The position numbers were made by a program, and so were the translations under genes. From positions 1 to 64,000 of the forward strand of contig RXIW01000010.1 of assembly GCA_003989065.1 (NCBI GenBank): a DNA stretch of 64,000 bases, written 5' to 3'. Shown here piece after piece: positions 10,077 to 18,682 of this stretch. The stretch comes from Candidatus Competibacteraceae bacterium. Its GTDB lineage: Bacteria; Pseudomonadota; Gammaproteobacteria; Competibacterales; Competibacteraceae. The notes beneath the pieces were generated by a model, which was not told where the DNA came from, searched no databases, and saw only the letters and a list, made by a program, of their open reading frames with translations. Within the stretch, counting starts at the first letter, position 1. Each line of letters starts with the position of its first letter.

Positions 10077-10328
10077 TATCGATTCCCACTCGGAAGGTCG
10101 CCTAGCGCGGACCTTCCGAGCCTGTATGCTCGTCAGGTCTGACGCTGTGCCATTCTCGGCGCGCAAAAACGCGCACTCGGCGCCGATTGGCCGAGAATGA
10201 AAAGGAGATAAGGTTTATGCTGGCTCATATTCATGGGGTGGCGAGTATAAAGCGGAAAAAATGCCTGTCAAGTTGAGAATGGGTCTTTTCATGCAACGTG
10301 GATTCGACGGGTTGGACGCTGCCACAAT

Positions 10329-10817
10329 TCAGCTGCTGTGTTCCCTGCGATTCAATTCCGTCTGATATGCCTGGTGAATCCGCATCAACGGCATGGCTTG
10401 CGGCCGACCTTGTTTGATGAGAATGATCGCCTCTTCGATAGCGAAACCCTGAATACCGGTCAGATAGGCCAATGCCACTGTCGGTGATCGAACCTGACCG
10501 AGGGTGCAATGGACGTAGACCGTATGACCTTCATTCAGTAATTGCTGTAGTGTCTTGACTGCCTGACGCAGGTTGTCGAGTCGATGGTTGGCGCCGTTGG
10601 AGTTAGTCCATTGCGAGCGGACCATGAGCAATTCGAGTTTCTGGCCGGCCTCTTTCATGTTCTCGTAATTGATTCCCATCATCGTCAGATCGAGATCGTC
10701 CTGGAGACACAGGATCGCCGATGCCTTGAGTTTCTTACGGATCGAAATCAGATCGCGGTGGCCATATGGACAGGATCCCACCAGCAGATTTTCTTGAATG
10801 ACGCCATAGTCCAACAT
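10329..10817 (-). CDS. dual-specificity (Tyr/Ser/Thr) protein phosphatase, CX5R type
   Basis: VYVHCTLGQVRSPTVALAYL carries the HCxxGxxRS P-loop of DSP/PTP enzymes. The start is placed at the internal ATG at 10817, which has GGAG 10 nt upstream; the ORF track extends to 10913 with no Shine-Dalgarno. Local GC is clearly lower than the flanks. Confidence 0.7.
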   Translation of the reverse strand: MLDYGVIQENLLVGSCPYGHRDLISIRKKLKASAILCLQDDLDLTMMGINYENMKEAGQKLELLMVRSQWTNSNGANHRLDNLRQAVKTLQQLLNEGHTVYVHCTLGQVRSPTVALAYLTGIQGFAIEEAIILIKQGRPQAMPLMRIHQAYQTELNRREHSS

Positions 10818-10962
10818 GCAGGAAAAACTCCGAACCCATCGATGGTCGTGGGGATGTATTTGCTTGACCCGATGGCTAAACCATGCTAATAAATTCAAGC
10901 TTGAGTCTATCATAATTAGATGATTATACGTAATTTATTCTGATTTTTAGAGGGTTTTTTCG

Positions 10963-11343
10963 ATGCGGAAAGCAAATTTTCTGTTGTTGGCGCTAGCGGT
11001 AAGCGCACCGGCATTGGCCGATGAATTGCTTGAAAGCTATGTCACTCGGCTAGGCGCTAACGACCATTTCAATTCGTCGGGCCAGCGGCTGACCTCACCG
11101 GCCCTGATCATCCGCCAGGACCGCGCCAATTTTCATAAATTCGGAATGCGCGATCCGGAGGATCAGAGTGACGTCTTTTTTCAGGACGCCAACAATCGCG
11201 AACTGCTGCAGCAGTTTTTATCCCAAGGCCATACCTCTTCCAGCGCCTACCGGATCATCGTGAACGGTCAGCCATTGATTCGCGTCAATGTCTATCGATC
11301 CCGTCAAGGCGATTATGTGGATGTCGACATCGTCGGTGAATGA
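10963..11343 (+). CDS. small secreted protein of unknown function
   Basis: 126 aa. Sec signal peptide MRKANFLLLALAVSAPALA-DE. GAGGG Shine-Dalgarno. Low-GC codon usage. Divergent from the phosphatase gene across an AT-rich spacer. Confidence 0.55.
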   Translation: MRKANFLLLALAVSAPALADELLESYVTRLGANDHFNSSGQRLTSPALIIRQDRANFHKFGMRDPEDQSDVFFQDANNRELLQQFLSQGHTSSSAYRIIVNGQPLIRVNVYRSRQGDYVDVDIVGE

Positions 11344-11398
11344 CAGCGATGCGAATTCCGCCGTCTCACCGGTTCGGAAAATCATGGCGTCGGCGGTT

Positions 11399-12487
11399 TC
11401 AGCGTGCCATCAGCCGTTCCAGCCAAAGCGCGGCATCGACATTGCCGGTCGGCGTCACGGCGGGTTTGGCGGGCTGATTCAGCAAGTTTCGTAACGGCTC
11501 CGCCAATGCACCGGTCGCCAATTGTCGGCGGTCGATCTTCACGGCGTTGCCGTGTTCCAACAGCCAACGGCCCAACCACGGTTCTTCCGGCCAGTCGTCG
11601 CGCTCGATGAAAAGCACGCGGACGCTACTACAAGCGGCTTCGACGAATGAACCATAGCCGGGTTTGGTGAACAACGCATCGCAGGATCGGATCAAGTCGA
11701 GCATGGAGAAATCGTCCAGCGCCGCCCAACTCATCATGTCCGGCCGCTCGACCGACCAGGAGGGCGGCGTTAGCCAGCGTACGCCGGTCAGTTCCGGCCA
11801 TGCCTCCAGCGGCAGGCGTGCGCCGACCCCTCCCAGCCCGATCAGCACCAGGGTGTCGCCAGCGTTCAGACCAAGCCGACGATCGATCTCCGCCCGTCGC
11901 GGTTGACCGCACTCGGCGATGGGGCCGATGGCGTAGGCGTTGCGCAACTCCGGCATCGGCATGGAGGGCGCAGGTTGCAGGAAGGCGTGAGCGCTATTGT
12001 AGGCGGCCAGCATCGGCGCGCGCAGCGCTGCCAGATCCGGCGCGTCCGGACAATAGCCAGCCAGAATGTCCGCCCAGTTCAGCGAACACAGTGCCAACGC
12101 CGGAATGTTCAGCCGGGCCGCGGCCGCTAGACTCAGATACGGCACGTCCGCCAGGAGCAGATCCGGCGCGGCCGCCCGCAACGCCTGTTCCTGCCAGGCC
12201 AGCCGCTGGTTCCATTCGGCGTGAAACGCCCGATACGCCGCCAGGCTGGCGGTCACGTTCGTCGCCAGGGCGTCCACCATCACCATGCCGAAATCGGCAG
12301 CGCCTTCGACCCGCTCGAATTCGCCGGCGATTCGGCTACGCAAGACCGTTGTCGGCAAAGCGCTTTGCAGGGTCAGTCGTACCTCCGGATGGCGGCGGCG
12401 AAATTCGTTCAACACTGGGGCCACTTGCGCCAGATGGCCGAAACCATGCCCGGACAAAGCGACATACAGATGGGACATTTCGGTCAT
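11399..12487 (-). CDS. putative glycosyltransferase (GT1/GT-B fold, MJ1255/MGT-like)
   Basis: 362 aa. The N-terminal glycine-rich loop ALSGHGFGHLAQVAPV is typical of GT-B UDP-glycosyltransferases. The start was verified at 12487. Confidence 0.55.
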   Translation of the reverse strand: MTEMSHLYVALSGHGFGHLAQVAPVLNEFRRRHPEVRLTLQSALPTTVLRSRIAGEFERVEGAADFGMVMVDALATNVTASLAAYRAFHAEWNQRLAWQEQALRAAAPDLLLADVPYLSLAAAARLNIPALALCSLNWADILAGYCPDAPDLAALRAPMLAAYNSAHAFLQPAPSMPMPELRNAYAIGPIAECGQPRRAEIDRRLGLNAGDTLVLIGLGGVGARLPLEAWPELTGVRWLTPPSWSVERPDMMSWAALDDFSMLDLIRSCDALFTKPGYGSFVEAACSSVRVLFIERDDWPEEPWLGRWLLEHGNAVKIDRRQLATGALAEPLRNLLNQPAKPAVTPTGNVDAALWLERLMAR

Positions 12488-12706
12488 TCAAGCTTGCTCC
12501 ACTTTCCAGCGTGGTCGAGTAGCGCCGATGGATTGATGACAAAATTTTTTCATCGCGGGTTGTCTTGCTTTCCAGAAGCTTCTAGACTCAATTACAACAG
12601 ATTGTCTCGTTTTGGCAAAGAGTGGTTCGAGTTGTGTTTATTCCACAACAGCCCTGCGGGATTTGATCGATTTGTAGGACCGTTTCATTCATTCGAGCGC
12701 GAGGGC

Positions 12707-13033
12707 ATGACCATGGCGCAGACGCTCACCCTGAATACCCTGGAAGCCGATAACCGGTCGTTCGCTGGCACCGGTGGCATTAGCCAGGGAAATTGGCATT
12801 GTGGTTTTATTCCGGGGTTTCTGGATCGGGAAACCGGCGCAATTTACCATTCCCGCCGGGCTGACGGCAGCCCTGCGTCGTTTCATGCCCTGGATGGTCT
12901 GCCAGATCACCTGATTCTTGCCCGCGATCCCGCCACCGGTCGGGTCATGGCGATCAAGGCCAGCGTCATCGCCGGCTTCGTGCGATGGGGTTGTTTCTAC
13001 ACCCGCGAGCAAGCCGCCTGTTGTCTCGGATAA
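12707..13033 (+). CDS. hypothetical protein
   Basis: 108 aa read from the ATG at 12707, preceded by GAGGG. The longer track ORF from 12221 overlaps the divergent GT gene and is rejected. No family recognised. Confidence 0.4.
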   Translation: MTMAQTLTLNTLEADNRSFAGTGGISQGNWHCGFIPGFLDRETGAIYHSRRADGSPASFHALDGLPDHLILARDPATGRVMAIKASVIAGFVRWGCFYTREQAACCLG

Positions 13034-13372
13034 CTTCACTCGCGCCTGATGGCGCGCGCTCCTCCCCAACAGCTTCATGGCCATGCCGTGACGGCAAATC
13101 GGCCAAATCACATCGCATAGGATACCGGCTACGGCCTCGAGGCCGTGCTTGCGCGCACCATACCGGCGATGGTTCCATGGCCCGATGGAACGCCGATCAC
13201 TTGCAATTGAGAATCACCCGGCTATCGTTCTTAATGAAGTTCGAGGTAAACGGCGAATCGCAAGCCACAAGCCATGATTCACCGGCTATCGGCGCGCCTC
13301 GATGCTATACGGATCGGCCTGACCTACCGGCTGTTTTCTTCCCTCAGCACCAGTAAAGCGGACCATACCGAC

Positions 13373-15883
13373 ATGTCAATCAAGATGTTGGAAAAAAGCA
13401 CGCCAGAGCCCTGGCTGACAGAACTCCCTCCCTTAGGCATGGACGCCAAAAGCATCGTCGCCGACTTCCGGCGCTATTTCAGCCATACCCTGGGGCGTGA
13501 CCGGCATACCCGATATGCGTACTACATGTACGAAGCGTTGGTGCTGACCCTGCGCGACCGGCTGTGGGAACGCTGGAAGAACACGCGCTATGCCTACGAG
13601 GAAAACGGCGGCGTGCGGCGGGCCTATTACCTGTCCATGGAGTTCCTGATGGGCCGGGCGTTCAGCAACGCCATGCTGAATCTGGGCATCACCGAGCCGG
13701 TCAACAAGGCCCTGCACGAGATGGGGCTGACCATGGAGGAAATGGCCGAGTGCGAAAACGACGCCGGTCTGGGCAATGGCGGTCTGGGACGGCTGGCCGC
13801 CTGCTTCCTGGACAGTTGCTCCACCCTGCGTCTGCCGGTGGTCGGTTACGGCATCCGCTATGCCTACGGCATGTTCCGCCAGCGCATCGAAAACGGTTAT
13901 CAGGTCGAGGAGCCCGACCACTGGCTGCGCAGCGGCAACCTGTGGGAGCTGGAGCGGCCCGAATACACGCAGCGGATCAAGTTCGGCGGCCGCAACGAAG
14001 CCTATCTGAAGACCGATGGCACGATGGGTTGGCGCTGGGTGGATAGCCATGATGTGTTGGCGGTGCCCTACGACGTGCCGATTCCCGGCTACCAGAACGG
14101 CACCGTCAATACCCTGCGCCTGTGGTCGTCGGCCGCCACCGACGAGTTCGATTTCGAGGACTTCAACTCCGGCAGTTACACCGAGGCCGTGGCCGCCAAG
14201 AACATGGCGGAAAACATCACCATGGTGCTCTATCCCAACGACGCTACCGAGAGCGGCAAGGAGCTGCGGCTACGCCAGCAGTATTTCCTGGCCTCGGCCA
14301 GCCTGCAGGACGTGATCCGGCAGTGGGTGCGGGTGCATGGCGAGGACTTCAGCAACTTCGCCGCCAAGAACTGCTTCCAGCTCAACGACACCCATCCCAC
14401 CATCGCCGTGGCGGAACTGATGCGGCTGCTGATGGACGAGCACGATCTGGGTTGGAAGCAGTCCTGGGATATCACCAGCCACGTCATGGCCTACACCAAC
14501 CACACCTTGCTGCCCGAGGCGCTGGAGCGGTGGCCGGTACGGCTGTTCCGGCAGTTGTTGCCGCGCATCCTGGACATCATCTACGAGATCAATGCCCAGT
14601 TCCTGGCGGAAGTGGCGCAGCACTGGCCCGGCGACATCGATCGGCAGCGGCGCATGTCGCTGATCGAGGAAGGCTACGAACAGCAGGTGCGCATGGCCTA
14701 TCTGGCCATCGTCGGCAGCACGTCGGTGAATGGTGTGGCGGCCTTGCATTCGGAATTGCTCAAGCAGGGCTTGTTCCGCGATTTCTACGAGCTGTGGCCG
14801 CAGAAATTCAACAACAAGACCAACGGCGTCACTCAACGCCGCTGGATGGCCGACTGCAATCCCGGCATGAGCGCGCTCATCACCCAGACCATCGGCCCCG
14901 CCTGGGTCACGCATCTGGATGAACTGCGCAAGCTGACGCCCTTCGCCGAGGACGCCAAGTTCCGCGCCAAGTGGCGGAAGATCAAGCAGGACAACAAGAC
15001 GCGTCTGGCTGCCATGGTCGAGGCCGACTGCGGGGTGACGTTCAACCCTGCCGCCATGTTCGACGTGCAGGTCAAGCGTATTCACGAATACAAGCGTCAG
15101 TTGCTCAATATCCTGCACGTCATCCATCTGTACGATCGGATCAAGCGCGGCGACATCGACAATTGGACACCGCGCTGTGTATTGATCGGCGGCAAATCCG
15201 CGCCGGGTTACTACATGGCCAAGCAGATCATCAAGTTGACCTGCAATGTGGCCAAGGTCATCAACAGCGATGCGGATGTCGGCGACAAGCTGAAGGTGGC
15301 GTTCTTTCCCAACTACCGGGTGTCGGCGATGGAGATCATCTGTCCCGGCACCGACCTGTCTGAGCAGATTTCGACCGCAGGCAAGGAAGCGTCCGGCACC
15401 GGCAACATGAAATTCATGATGAACGGGGCCGTCACCATCGGCACGCTGGACGGCGCCAACATCGAAATCCGCGAAGAGGTCGGCGATGAGAACTTCTTCC
15501 TGTTCGGCCTCACCGCCCAGCAGGTGGAGGAGCGTCGGCAGACTTACGATCCATCGGCCATCATTCACGGCGATGCCGATATCGCTCGGGTTATGCATCT
15601 GCTGGAAACCGGACATTTCAACCAGTTCGAGCAGGGCATCTTCGATCCGATCCTGCATTCGCTGACCAACCCGCACGATCCATGGCTGACCATCGCCGAT
15701 TTCCGCAGCTTCATCGATGCCCAGCGGCAGGCGTCCCTGGCCTACCAGGATCAGGAGCGCTGGACCCGGATGAGCATCCTCAACACCGCTTCCAGCGGCA
15801 AGTTCTCCACCGATCGCACCATGCTGGAGTACAACGCCGAGATCTGGAAGTTGACGCCGTTGCCGGAAATGCCTTTGATCTGA
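13373..15883 (+). CDS. glgP: glycogen/alpha-glucan phosphorylase
   Basis: About 836 aa. Phosphorylase signatures include the PLP-lysine region EQISTAGKEASGTGNMKFMMNGA. The start was taken at MSIKML (ATG at 13373). Confidence 0.9.
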   Translation: MSIKMLEKSTPEPWLTELPPLGMDAKSIVADFRRYFSHTLGRDRHTRYAYYMYEALVLTLRDRLWERWKNTRYAYEENGGVRRAYYLSMEFLMGRAFSNAMLNLGITEPVNKALHEMGLTMEEMAECENDAGLGNGGLGRLAACFLDSCSTLRLPVVGYGIRYAYGMFRQRIENGYQVEEPDHWLRSGNLWELERPEYTQRIKFGGRNEAYLKTDGTMGWRWVDSHDVLAVPYDVPIPGYQNGTVNTLRLWSSAATDEFDFEDFNSGSYTEAVAAKNMAENITMVLYPNDATESGKELRLRQQYFLASASLQDVIRQWVRVHGEDFSNFAAKNCFQLNDTHPTIAVAELMRLLMDEHDLGWKQSWDITSHVMAYTNHTLLPEALERWPVRLFRQLLPRILDIIYEINAQFLAEVAQHWPGDIDRQRRMSLIEEGYEQQVRMAYLAIVGSTSVNGVAALHSELLKQGLFRDFYELWPQKFNNKTNGVTQRRWMADCNPGMSALITQTIGPAWVTHLDELRKLTPFAEDAKFRAKWRKIKQDNKTRLAAMVEADCGVTFNPAAMFDVQVKRIHEYKRQLLNILHVIHLYDRIKRGDIDNWTPRCVLIGGKSAPGYYMAKQIIKLTCNVAKVINSDADVGDKLKVAFFPNYRVSAMEIICPGTDLSEQISTAGKEASGTGNMKFMMNGAVTIGTLDGANIEIREEVGDENFFLFGLTAQQVEERRQTYDPSAIIHGDADIARVMHLLETGHFNQFEQGIFDPILHSLTNPHDPWLTIADFRSFIDAQRQASLAYQDQERWTRMSILNTASSGKFSTDRTMLEYNAEIWKLTPLPEMPLI

Positions 15884-15898
15884 AAATCTTGACCTGAT

Positions 15899-15942
15899 CG
15901 ACGGAAGGCGGCGAGAACCGATTCTCGTCGCCTTCCGTCGTT
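15899..15942. terminator. bidirectional intrinsic terminator between convergent glgP and hydrolase genes
   Basis: Perfect 18-bp stem GACGGAAGGCGGCGAGAA / TTCTCGTCGCCTTCCGTC with loop CCGA, followed by TTTCAGG. Confidence 0.7.
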
Positions 15943-15971
15943 TCAGGAGGTTGACGATCCCGACGGCTGGA

Positions 15972-18188
15972 TCAGCGCTGGGGTGGGCTGTCCGCTGCGG
16001 TCATCGGCTCGGGACCGCGTCCGCGGATGACGGTCAGGGAAAAGGGCGGCAGCACGATCCGGGTGTTCGCCGCGCCCGGCAGGGTGAAGTGCGTGGGCGG
16101 GTCGTTGCGAAGGGGATGGCCGTTCTCTTCCTGAGCACGCCAGCGATATTGGCGGGGCGAGTACTGGAAAACGTCCAGCGTGTCCTGCAGAAAGGCCACG
16201 CTATCCTGCGAAGGGCCACGAAAGCGAACCTGGATCGCCTGCTCATGGCGGGGATCCTTGTTGATCAGCAACAATCCCCATTGTCGGTCGGGGCGATAAA
16301 CCGCATAGGCCGTCACCACAGGCCGTCCGGCCGGGTCGTGAAGATCGGCGGAGGCTCGATAAAGGGCATGGGGTCGATCGAGCGGTTGCGCCCATTCCTG
16401 GGCCAACAGTCGCGCACCATGATAAGTCGGCAGCGAGGCGCGGATGCGGCCTTTGTCATCGGCCAGGAACATCATCAGATTGCCCCAGGTGTTGCATTCT
16501 TCCCATTCGTGGATGGGCGTATTGGGCTGATAGCCGTACAGATAGGCGGTATCTCCGCCCAAAGTCAGAAATTGCGCCAGGATCTCCGCATTCAGCAGCG
16601 CGCTCGGCATATCGACTTCGACTTGTCCGGCGAACGCCGAATAGCCGTACTCGGTGATGATCCAGGGAATGTCGGTCGGCGTCCCTTCCTGTTGCAGCAG
16701 TTGCATGACATCGGTCAGCAATGCCGGCGCCGCGGCCAGCTGCGGGGCCGGTGGTTCGCAGACATTGTCGAAGGGATACCATTCGAAGGAAAAGAAATTG
16801 AAGTCCTTCAACCGCTCGTGATTGCGTAGATAATTCAGAAAACGATTCATCCATGAACGGTTGCCATTGGCGTCGGGCCAAGCCTGCCAGCCATAGATGG
16901 CGGTTTGGAAACCGGGGCCGCCCAGTTGCAGCGCTGGATCGATCGCGTGAATGGCCTGGGCCCATTGCGCATAAAGCGCGCCGTAATCCTCCGGCGTCAT
17001 GTATTGCCCATCGGGTTCCTCGCCCATCTCGATCTGTACGACCGGATAGCCGCGCGCCTTGAGAAAACGGATTTCCGCCGCTGCATTCTCGGGGGTGTCG
17101 TAGAGCAGCCCGACCGGGGTCAACAGGGGGAGGTCATGGGTCAGGCCGCTGCGGAACACCAGATCGAGACCGGGCTGCTCGATGTCGGGATCGCGATCGA
17201 CCGCCCGATGCCAGGGATCGGTCGATGAAGCGTATGTGACGGTCTGGCGATCTTTGTCCTTGCCATGGCGGATGACGTCGTGAAACCGGCCCTTGCGATC
17301 GAGTTCCCCGATATAAAGCTCGCGGATCGCGTAACCCAGTCCATCGCGAATATCCTGCGAGCCGGGCGGTGTGGCGCCGGAAGCCTCGCTCATCAGGATG
17401 CGCAGATAACGAACCGAGAGCGATTTTTGGCCGAGGCGGATCAGGGTGTCATCGGCGTGCTTGTCGTTGATGATGACGCCGTTGGGGAAGGGCTGCCAGT
17501 GACCGGGCGGATTCTCGCTGACGTAGATCGGATCGACTCCGTCCCAGTATTCCAGCTGGTAGCGGGTAGCGTAAGGGATTCCCCACAGGATTCGGGCCGC
17601 GTTGATGTGGCGCGGTTTGCCGAGATCGACGACGACCCATTGCGGATGAAGGTCGTTACGTTCGCCGGTATAGCGTGCGTCCAGATAGGGGTTGCTCTTC
17701 CAGAAGGTGCGGGTATCGCCATCGTCGAGGCGGGAATAGCCTTTGTTGCCCGCCTGATCGAAGGTATTGCCGCGGCGGGGCAGACGATAGCCGTACGATA
17801 GCAAGATCGGAGCATCGGCTCGGTCATTCGAAATCCAGTAGCCTTGTCGATGCACTGGATCGCTCCATGCGCCGCTTTCGTTCCAATGCCAAACGGCGAT
17901 GCCCAGTTCGGTGCGCAGTCGATAGGAAATGGGCTTGAGTCCGGCAGTTTTCATTTGCCGGATGTTGTCGGGGGTATAAAGACGCTCCACATCGCCTTCT
18001 TCCAAACCATCCAGCCCCGCGCCGAATGCCTGATGGGGTAGAAAGGTGTTGGCTGGTCGATCGCTCAGCTCGACGGTGACCATTCCAGAGTCTGAGGCGC
18101 TGGCCACGCCCGCCAGGAGCATGGCTGTCGCAATTGCAAGTGCATGTTTCGGAAGGAAGATAGCGGTGTTGTTCTTTGGGAGTGTCAT
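15972..18188 (-). CDS. secreted glycoside hydrolase (clan GH-A TIM barrel) with N-terminal F5/8 type C (discoidin) domain
   Basis: 738 aa with a signal peptide. The discoidin-like segment is RTFWKSNPYLD...HPQWVVVDLGKPRHINAARILWG. The clan GH-A catalytic motifs are EMGEEPD (acid/base) and IITEYGY (nucleophile). The GH family itself is not assignable by eye. Confidence 0.55.
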   Translation of the reverse strand: MTLPKNNTAIFLPKHALAIATAMLLAGVASASDSGMVTVELSDRPANTFLPHQAFGAGLDGLEEGDVERLYTPDNIRQMKTAGLKPISYRLRTELGIAVWHWNESGAWSDPVHRQGYWISNDRADAPILLSYGYRLPRRGNTFDQAGNKGYSRLDDGDTRTFWKSNPYLDARYTGERNDLHPQWVVVDLGKPRHINAARILWGIPYATRYQLEYWDGVDPIYVSENPPGHWQPFPNGVIINDKHADDTLIRLGQKSLSVRYLRILMSEASGATPPGSQDIRDGLGYAIRELYIGELDRKGRFHDVIRHGKDKDRQTVTYASSTDPWHRAVDRDPDIEQPGLDLVFRSGLTHDLPLLTPVGLLYDTPENAAAEIRFLKARGYPVVQIEMGEEPDGQYMTPEDYGALYAQWAQAIHAIDPALQLGGPGFQTAIYGWQAWPDANGNRSWMNRFLNYLRNHERLKDFNFFSFEWYPFDNVCEPPAPQLAAAPALLTDVMQLLQQEGTPTDIPWIITEYGYSAFAGQVEVDMPSALLNAEILAQFLTLGGDTAYLYGYQPNTPIHEWEECNTWGNLMMFLADDKGRIRASLPTYHGARLLAQEWAQPLDRPHALYRASADLHDPAGRPVVTAYAVYRPDRQWGLLLINKDPRHEQAIQVRFRGPSQDSVAFLQDTLDVFQYSPRQYRWRAQEENGHPLRNDPPTHFTLPGAANTRIVLPPFSLTVIRGRGPEPMTAADSPPQR

Positions 18189-18236
18189 GGATGGGCAGTG
18201 ATGGCGATGAGTCGCAATTACAGATGGCCGGGGGGC

Positions 18237-18629
18237 TCAAGGCCAATAGCGCGCCTTGTCGGGGAAGATCCAGCGGATTCCCCCGCGCGGGTCGGGTTGA
18301 TCGCCGTGATAGCGCGGAATCAGGTGAAGATGTACGTGCATCACCGTCTGACCTGCCGCCGTTCCTTCGTTGACGCCGATGTTGAAGCCATCCGCTTGCA
18401 GTTCCGCCGATAGCGCCGCGCGAACTTCCGTCAATAGCTGACCTAGCTCGACCCACTCCACCATCGTCAAGTCGAACAGCGATGCCACATGCCGTCGTGG
18501 AATCAGCAGGGTATGTCCTGGCGTGATGGGAAAGCCGTCGCGGATGGCCAGAATATGGGCAGTCCGGGAGACGATGCGTTCGAGCGGCAGCGAACAGAAT
18601 GGACAGGTGCTAGCAGACATGGCAGTCAC
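18237..18629 (-). CDS. HIT-family (histidine triad) nucleotide hydrolase
   Basis: 130 aa with the HVHLHLIPR histidine-triad motif. Confidence 0.8.
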   Translation of the reverse strand: MTAMSASTCPFCSLPLERIVSRTAHILAIRDGFPITPGHTLLIPRRHVASLFDLTMVEWVELGQLLTEVRAALSAELQADGFNIGVNEGTAAGQTVMHVHLHLIPRYHGDQPDPRGGIRWIFPDKARYWP

Positions 18630-18682
18630 GGATATTGGGAAAACTCATGTTTTTTTATGCGCTATGCGGCTGAATGGTTGCC

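Noticed and set aside
9702-10166. 154-aa minus-strand ORF spanning the tRNA-like element and hairpins
   Set aside because: It overlaps the tRNA-like structure and the stem-loops, and its composition is Arg-rich with no known motifs. It is most likely a spurious GC-driven frame.
10818-10913. Longer 194-aa form of the dual-specificity phosphatase starting at 10913
   Set aside because: No Shine-Dalgarno before 10913, whereas the ATG at 10817 has GGAG at good spacing and yields a canonical DSP-domain N-terminus. The longer form cannot be fully excluded.
12221-12706. 5' part of the 270-aa plus-strand ORF upstream of the small hypothetical gene
   Set aside because: It overlaps the divergent glycosyltransferase coding region on the other strand (11399-12487). 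The internal ATG at 12707 with GAGGG is the more economical start.
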